Position numbers and translations under genes: made by a program. Under the pieces are notes generated by a model, which saw nothing but the letters and a program-made list of their open reading frames with translations, had not been told where the DNA came from and searched no databases. This document shows, piece after piece, positions 54,972-62,300 of a DNA stretch of 64,000 bases (the first letter of the stretch is position 1; every line of letters starts with the position of its first letter). The stretch is from an uncultured Saprospiraceae bacterium (GTDB lineage Bacteria > Bacteroidota > Bacteroidia > Chitinophagales > Saprospiraceae). The stretch covers positions 34,121-98,120 of the forward strand of contig CALEYL010000031.1 of assembly GCA_937926205.1 (NCBI GenBank), given 5' to 3'.

Positions 54972-55124
54972 TATTCAGTTATTTTTTTCGTTTCTGAATC
55001 ATTCCATGATCCATACAGTTCAAATAGAATTGCAAAAGTATCAAATCCAACTAAGTAAGAATAACGTATTCAGGAGAAAGTTATTGATCAATCCTTTCTT
55101 AAAAAAAACTTATATAACTTTTCC

Positions 55125-56465
55125 TTATGCCCGTTCTTTCTGACTTTTGCTCAGCATGCGGTAAACTTGCGGCAAATTAGCAGCCAGAAAAGGACGCGCC
55201 TGGTGATGAATGGCCCTATGCCAGGCCAGCGCACTCAAAACCCGGGTTGCCCTTCCGATGTATTCAACCGTAGCGACTACATATTGCTGCCAATATTTAC
55301 GGAGTATCTCAATGTTGTAAACCATCCAGATGAAGAAAGCTTCAAATAATACAGCGCCAATGACACACTGCAGGGGAGTCAGACTGTGTTTGAAAAAATA
55401 AGACAGTCCGTATCCAAACAGGGCGCCGTACAAAATGATGTAATGCACCGTATAAATGGTCAGTGTTTCGCTGCCGATTTTCGTAACCAAAGCTGGCATG
55501 CGTTTCCAGAGCGGTGTAATTAACATAATGATCCCGGCAACGGTAATGGCGTGTCCAAGTTCAATAAAAAGGTAATTGTAATTGCCCAACTCCAGGAAAT
55601 TATCCCAACCGGTAAATACGTGCAGCAGTTTAAACCACTTGGTAGAATAAAAATGCAGCATCAATCCCCCGCCGATCATCGCAGCGGGAAGCCAATTCGT
55701 GAAAGCCAGAGCCGGCCTTTTGTGCAGCACATAGCCCAACAGACCCCCCAATAATGAAAATCCAACCCAGGGTATGACCGTGAAGACAGAAAAGCTTTTC
55801 ATGAAATAGGCCGCGATTGGCAAAGGCAGCCAGGACCAATCTGCGCCAAACACATCAGGGCTGATAAAAAAGACCATTAAGCCGGCAAAAGCGAGCAAGC
55901 GCGGCAACGGAATCAAAGTAGCCGTATGCAGGGCGTAAACGCCAATCAGTGATAACAAAGCCAGGCCCATACAATGCAACACATCTACCCCAAACATGGA
56001 ATGATAGTGTTCCATTTGAAAATAGTCGATATAAACCAGTGCATTGATGTTGAAACGAAGCAGATAGGCCAGTCCAATAAGCATAAAAGCCCGTCGAATG
56101 CCTTTTTTGACCCGCTCATTCTCCCGAAGCGGTCGGCCGTCTTTCAACAGCAAAAAAGTAAAAATCAACCCGGCAGAAAAGAAAAATATAGGAGCCGTCA
56201 TGCCGCGAAAGAAAGACCAGAACGCATAAATCGGATTGTTGTAATCCCGGTAAGCGTCAGAAAGCAGCGTGTCGGTGAAATGCCCCTGAAGCATCATCAT
56301 GACAGCATAGGCCCGCAGAACGTCTATGAAAAGAATCCGCGGCAGTTTGGCGGTTGAATGCGTAGATTCGATAGCAATTGTATTTTTGTTAAAATTCGCC
56401 TCTATACGACGTAATAACGCGGCAAAGTTACAATAAAAAACACGATCTAACGCTGAAAGTTCCAT
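55125..56465 (-). CDS. polytopic membrane protein, acyltransferase/DUF1624 (HGSNAT-like) family
   Basis: RILFIDVLRAYAVMMMLQGHF at the first TM and about 10 TM segments. The start codon is uncertain. Confidence 0.6.
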   Translation of the reverse strand: MELSALDRVFYCNFAALLRRIEANFNKNTIAIESTHSTAKLPRILFIDVLRAYAVMMMLQGHFTDTLLSDAYRDYNNPIYAFWSFFRGMTAPIFFFSAGLIFTFLLLKDGRPLRENERVKKGIRRAFMLIGLAYLLRFNINALVYIDYFQMEHYHSMFGVDVLHCMGLALLSLIGVYALHTATLIPLPRLLAFAGLMVFFISPDVFGADWSWLPLPIAAYFMKSFSVFTVIPWVGFSLLGGLLGYVLHKRPALAFTNWLPAAMIGGGLMLHFYSTKWFKLLHVFTGWDNFLELGNYNYLFIELGHAITVAGIIMLITPLWKRMPALVTKIGSETLTIYTVHYIILYGALFGYGLSYFFKHSLTPLQCVIGAVLFEAFFIWMVYNIEILRKYWQQYVVATVEYIGRATRVLSALAWHRAIHHQARPFLAANLPQVYRMLSKSQKERA

Positions 56466-56686
56466 TATTTAATGGCTTGATTGTTAAGCTTCCCCAAATT
56501 CAGGCGTCCATATTATCAGCCTGACTTTCGGCCAGACAAGCGATATTTTCCCGCAATGCCCGAATGCCAAACGAGAGGGGGATTTTGACTCCCTTTCCCA
56601 TTTTTCGTCTTTTTTTTACAGGAATTACCCATCAGGCTTCTTTATCTTTCCGCTTTTTAGAACAAGCTCTAAACCTGAACCTAATC

Positions 56687-58834
56687 ATGAGAAGTATTTT
56701 TTCAACTTTACTGCTTGCTTGCGCGTTGTTTGCCTGCCAGCAGGAAAAAACAGATACAGCTGCCAATTACCCACTTATGGAAGTGCAATATCCTGAAACA
56801 AAGACTGTCGATCAAACCGACGATTATAACGGCACAACGGTCGCTGATCCCTACCGCTGGCTGGAAGCCGACACTGCTGCCGATGTCGGCCAATGGGTAA
56901 AAAGCCAGAATAAAGTGACTTTTGGTTATCTGGAAAAAATTCCTTTCCGCAAGCAAATCCAGGATCGCCTCACCGAATTGGTCAATTACCCCCGGTATTC
57001 TTCTCCCTTCCAGGTCGGCGAGTACTACTTTTTTAACAAAAATGACGGGCTTCAAAACCAGTCGGTTATCTACATCCAGAAAGGCCTTACCGGGCAACCG
57101 GAAGTCTTCATTGACCCCAATGCCATGTCGAAAGAAGGGACAACAGCCATCAACATCGTTGGCGTATCAGACGACGACAAGTACCTGGCCTATGCCAAAC
57201 AGGAAGCGGGTTCCGACTGGGCAGAGATCCACGTCATGGACATTGCCGCCAGAAAAAAATTACCGGACGTTTTGAAATGGGTGAAATTTTCGGGCGCAGA
57301 ATGGCATAAAAACGGCTTTTTCTACAGCCGTTATCCCGCGCCCGCGCCTGGTTCTGAACTTTCCGGCAACAACCAGTACCACTCGGTGTATTATCACAAA
57401 TTGGGCGACGACCAGTCGAAAGACAAACTGGTATACGAAGACCGGAAAAACCCCAATATGTACCACAACTGCTCCATCACGGAAGACAACAAATACATCA
57501 TTCTTTACGCGGCGCCAGGCACCGATGGTTATGCCGTTTATTTCCGGGAACTGGACAAAGAGGGGCCTTTCAAAGTACTGTTCGAAGGCTATGCCAATAA
57601 AAGTTCTGTCGTTCACCACCACAACGGCAAATTTTTGGTGCAAACCGACATTGACGCCCCCAAATACCGCCTTGTAGAAGTTGATCCGGCAAAGCCACAA
57701 AAAGAAAACTGGAAAGAAATTATCCCGGAATCGGATGACCTGTTGCAGAGCGTGAGTACAGGCGGCGGCAAATTATTTGCCAATTATCTAAAAAATGCCA
57801 CCGACCGTTATTACCAAATGGAGTACGACGGCAGCGGCAAAAAAGAAATCCAGCTGCCGGGCCTTGGTAGTGCCGGAGGCTTTGGCGCACGCGAAAAATA
57901 CAAAACGCTGTTCTACACTTTTACGTCGTTCATTTATCCGTCTACCATTTTCAAATACGACATTGAAACGGGCAACTCGGAGCCTTTCTTCAAATCGGAA
58001 TTGAAATTCAATCCTGAAGATTACACAGAACGCCAGGTTTTCTACAAAAGTAAGGATGGCACAGAGGTTTCCATGTTTCTGGTACATCGCAAAGACCTGA
58101 AAATGAATGGTCAAAACCCCTGCTACCTTTATGGCTACGGTGGATTCAACGTCAGCCTCACGCCCGGTTTCAGCGCCACCCGGTTGCCCCTGCTCGAAAA
58201 CGGCGGGGTCTTTGCCATGCCCAACCTTCGGGGCGGCGGCGAATACGGTGAAGCCTGGCACAAAGCCGGTATGTTGCAGAACAAGCAAAATGTGTTCGAC
58301 GACTTTATCTCCGCAGCAGAATACCTCATTGCTCAGAAATATACCTCTAAGGATAAACTGGCCATTGCCGGCGGTTCCAACGGCGGCCTGCTCGTCGGCG
58401 CATGTATGACCCAGCGCCCCGATCTGTTCGCAGTAGCGCTGCCTGCAGTTGGTGTCATGGATATGCTGCGCTATCACAAATTCACTGTTGGAAAAGGCTG
58501 GATTCCGGAATATGGCTCCAGCGACGACCCGGAGCAGTTTAAAAACCTGCTCTCTTATTCGCCGCTGCACAACCTGAAAGCAGGCGTAACTTATCCGGCT
58601 ACCATGATCACTACCGCCGACCACGATGATCGCGTGGTGCCCGCCCACTCGTTTAAGTTTGCCGCACAACTTCAAAAATCGCATCAAGGCAAAAATCCGG
58701 TGTTGATCCGCATTGAAACAAACGCAGGTCACGGCGCCGGTAAACCCATTGCCAAAGTCATTGAAGAACAAGCAGACATCTGGTCGTTTTTGTTTTACAA
58801 TACAAACTCGCCGGTAAAATATCTGGCGAATTAA
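56687..58834 (+). CDS. prolyl oligopeptidase (S9A) family serine peptidase, lipoprotein-type signal
   Basis: Start moved to MRSIFSTLLLACALFAC. DPYRWLE N-terminal motif. Catalytic Ser in IAGGSNGGLLVG, Asp in TADHDDRV and His in NAGHGAG. Confidence 0.9.
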   Translation: MRSIFSTLLLACALFACQQEKTDTAANYPLMEVQYPETKTVDQTDDYNGTTVADPYRWLEADTAADVGQWVKSQNKVTFGYLEKIPFRKQIQDRLTELVNYPRYSSPFQVGEYYFFNKNDGLQNQSVIYIQKGLTGQPEVFIDPNAMSKEGTTAINIVGVSDDDKYLAYAKQEAGSDWAEIHVMDIAARKKLPDVLKWVKFSGAEWHKNGFFYSRYPAPAPGSELSGNNQYHSVYYHKLGDDQSKDKLVYEDRKNPNMYHNCSITEDNKYIILYAAPGTDGYAVYFRELDKEGPFKVLFEGYANKSSVVHHHNGKFLVQTDIDAPKYRLVEVDPAKPQKENWKEIIPESDDLLQSVSTGGGKLFANYLKNATDRYYQMEYDGSGKKEIQLPGLGSAGGFGAREKYKTLFYTFTSFIYPSTIFKYDIETGNSEPFFKSELKFNPEDYTERQVFYKSKDGTEVSMFLVHRKDLKMNGQNPCYLYGYGGFNVSLTPGFSATRLPLLENGGVFAMPNLRGGGEYGEAWHKAGMLQNKQNVFDDFISAAEYLIAQKYTSKDKLAIAGGSNGGLLVGACMTQRPDLFAVALPAVGVMDMLRYHKFTVGKGWIPEYGSSDDPEQFKNLLSYSPLHNLKAGVTYPATMITTADHDDRVVPAHSFKFAAQLQKSHQGKNPVLIRIETNAGHGAGKPIAKVIEEQADIWSFLFYNTNSPVKYLAN

Positions 58835-58919
58835 TGCCCTCTTTTTCCTGCCCGAGGGAGTTTAGACAGGCTATTAGACACCCTTTAAGTTTTGGCTTCC
58901 AACTTTTTATCAAAAAACA

Positions 58920-58953
58920 GCAGGAGGCATCCCGAATTTGGGATGCCTCCTGC
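58920..58953. repeat. perfect 14-bp stem-loop built from the dispersed-repeat core
   Basis: gcaggaggcatccc-gaattt-gggatgcctcctgc contains GGCATCCCGAAT. It is preceded by an A-run, so it looks like a terminator only for minus-strand transcription. Confidence 0.65.
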
Positions 58954-59034
58954 GAATCAAGCGTAAAATCTGTTTGTGTACGCTATGAATTTCGCACCCA
59001 CTCACTTTTTTGGAGTGGAAAGACATGCGGATTT

Positions 59035-59161
59035 CTTTTGAATGTCGAACACTGAATATCGAACAAGGAACCGCAGAAGTGAAGCAGTCTTGCTCCACTT
59101 CGACATTCGATATTCGACATTCAATATGCTGCTGTTCTAAACTCTTTTGAATGTCGAACAC
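59035..59161. repeat. composite direct/inverted repeat built from GAATGTC/GAACACT-type heptamers
   Basis: 18-nt direct repeat cttttgaatgtcgaacac at about 59035 and about 59144. gaatgtcgaacactgaatatcgaa (59040-59063) is roughly the reverse complement of ttcgacattcgatattcgacattc (59099-59122). Confidence 0.7.
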
Positions 59162-59330
59162 CAGGCGGGCTCTCCGGCTGCCTGTTCTCGGTCGCCCGAT
59201 CTTCCTTTTCAGCTGCTCTTTTTTCCCGTTCAACTAAATTTGTATACCCTGTCGGCATGGTAAATTCTTACTTTAGCGAAGAGCAACCTATTGGTAAAAA
59301 TCACCTTACATCCTATTTAATTATCCGACG

Positions 59331-62300
59331 ATGACGATACCCTTACGCACCCTAAACCTTACTTTATTCTTCCTGGCCGCAACTTTTTCCGGCGTACACG
59401 CCCAAACCTGCCAGGCGGGCTTTAGTTATGTCCTCAACGGTTTGAGTGTTCAATTTACCCAGGAGTCTACCGCTTCGTCAACCATTACAGGGTTCCTTTG
59501 GGATTTTGGCGACGGCGCCAGCTCCACTCTGGCCAATCCGGAGCATACCTATACCGATTCAGAAGACCTGATGGTCTGCCTGACGATCACAACGGCAGAT
59601 GGCTGTACCGACCAGTTTTGTGCAGAAGTGGAACCCTGCCAGCTTAATTTGACAGTCTCAGTAGGCGATTGTAATACAAACGGTGAAATACCACTCGGAA
59701 TTAATATTACAGATGTATTCGGCAACGCGCGGGAGATCAATATTTCCATAGACGGCGTATTGCTGCCGGGAAGCCCGTTTCTCATCGACAACGACCTGCC
59801 TGTTTTTACCAATGCACTGATCAACGGCGACGGCCTGGTACATACCATTTCTGTGGTTTCTACCCACAATGCAGCCTGCACGGCAAGCTATACTTTCACA
59901 GCGCCGGACTGTGCCTCCAGTTGCTTCCTTTCCGGATTAAATGTGGCGATTGCTCAGGGCGCCATAAAAACAGTGAATGTTGGCAGTAACTTTTTCAACC
60001 CTGTAAATACCACCATCGAAGTCGGTGAACTGGTGCGTTTCAATTGGACAACTGGTGGTCATACCTCAACTTCTGATGCCACATCAGGTCCCGACAGCTG
60101 GAATTCAGGGCTATTGGGCGCCGGAGCAACCTACGATGTGCGCATCAAAAATCCGGGCATTCATCCATATTATTGTATTCCACACGGTGGTCCCGGCGGT
60201 GTGGGCATGTCGGGTATGATTGTTGCAAACTGCCCGAACGGGAATAATTTCACCCTGCAAATTACTTTCAATACCACACAGGCCGGAGCTCAAGGCTACA
60301 ATTTCCGGATTGATGGCGTCCTGCAGCCGGGGAGTCCGTTTGCTTATAATGGAACGGGGTTGCAATCGCTAAGCGCAACAATGGCCGGCGACGGACAGGA
60401 TCATACTTTTGAGATTGCCGATGCAGGTGATCCGGGCTGTTCCCAAATTCGCACCTTTACTGCACCTGATTGCGGTGCGGCGCCAACGTGCAGCATGAGC
60501 GTCAGTGCCCAGCAAAATGGCGGCTGCAATGTTGCCAATCAAATAGAGGTCAGTGTACAGATCAACAGTGTCAATGGTGGAGCAGCCGGGTTTGAGGTTC
60601 TTTTTGACGGCGTGGCAAGCGGCGGACCTTATGTGTACTCGGCCACGGGTGTCACCACCGTTTCCATTTTCGTTCCCGGCGATGGCCAATCCCATACCAT
60701 CAGCGCCAGAGACCTGAATACACCAACCTGCGAAGGCAGCACGCTTTTTGTTGCGCCTGATTGCTCCACTCCCTGCAATCTGGGTAACATCACAGCAGCA
60801 ACCGGCGGAGGGATTACCCATATAGTAGAAGTGCAGGATTTTCAGTTTGTCCCCCAAAACCTCACCATAGCTGCCGGGGATCGGGTAGAATGGCACTGGA
60901 CAGGCTCTGTCGCACATACCAGTACCTCTGACGCTGCAACTGGCGCAGACAGCTGGAACAGCGATTTGCTGCACCACGGCGCCACGTATCTATCACCCGT
61001 ACTCTCTGCCGGCATCCATCCCTACTATTGCATCCCGCATGGCGCGCCTGGCGGTATAGGCATGACCGGTGTCATTACCGTTCAGGCCAACTGCGCCAAT
61101 GGACAGGTTCCTATTGCGCTGAGCTTTACGGAATCAGGCGGTGGATTTGGCGGTTTTCAGGTATGGGTTGACAGTGTGGCGGCAGGCACTTTTGCTTACG
61201 CTGCTTCCGGGTTTGATACCATAAACGTTCTTGTACCCGGCGATGGGATGCCACATACCCTGCTGGTTCAGGATGCAGAAAATCCAGATTGCAGCGCCTC
61301 GGTAGCCATCACTACGCCGGATTGCAATGCTTCCACCTGCCGTTTGACTTTGCAGGCTCAGGAAAATGGCCCTTGCGATACGCTTTTGCAGCTGCCGGTA
61401 GAAGTATTGATTACCGATTTAGGAGGCGGAGAAGGTGGTTTCATCCTTTTTGCCGATAGTGTTCTGGTGGATACTTTTTTATACGGGGCCAACGATTCTA
61501 CCCTCGTATCGCTATTGCTTCCGGGTGACGGACTCCCTCACATTTTCTTCGCGGCAGACCTGTCCGATTCAATGTGTATTGCTTCCGATACCCTGACTAC
61601 CCCCAATTGCATGCTCCCATGTCAACTGTCCAACCTCCTGCTGGCAAGTGGCGGGGGCGGCGATCCGGTTATACATACGGTAGAAGTTGTGGATTTTTCA
61701 TTTATCCCCAATCACATCAATGTTCAGGTAGGAGACATCGTCCGCTTTATCTGGAATGGCCATGTACAGCATACAACTACTTCAGATGCCATTACCGGGC
61801 CCGACGTCTGGAACAGTGGTTTGCTGGGCCATGGGAGTGTTTTTGATGTCACCATAACCAGCGAAGGGGTGCACCCATATTATTGTATCCCGCACGGCGC
61901 GCCAGGGGGCATCGGCATGGCAGGAGACATAACAGCTACGCCGCCCTGCCAGGATGGAATGGTCAGCGTTGCCGTTTCATTCGACGCTACGATGGGCAGC
62001 AGCCAGGGCTACGAGGTTTTTGTGGATGGAGTGCAAACTGGTGGCCCATTTGCTTACAATGATCCGAATGGCAGCAACCAGACCACTGTGATGGTTGCGG
62101 GTGACGGACTGACACATAACATCAGCCTTCAGGATGTGGATGGTGCGGAATGCGGGATCAGCGCTGACATACAAACCCCTAATTGCGCGGGCGGTTGTAA
62201 TATCGCCAATCTGGACATTCAATTTCCGGATACAACCTGTAACAACGGGATGATCCCGGCGAGCTTGTCCTTTACAGCAGCGGGAAGCGGCGATCAGGGA

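Noticed and set aside
57788-58771. A 327-aa minus-strand ORF inside the prolyl-oligopeptidase gene. Similar large antisense ORFs occur at 3842..4525, 6812..7456, 10266..10724, 12581..13138, 23394..23870, 25890..26372, 38493..39170 and 39940..40518.
   Set aside because: Each is antisense to a gene with clear family motifs and shows no motifs of its own. These are typical shadow ORFs.
58910-59233. A 107-aa minus-strand ORF between the peptidase gene and the giant gene.
   Set aside because: It is composed almost entirely of the hairpin and heptamer composite repeat, and it has no start context or motifs.
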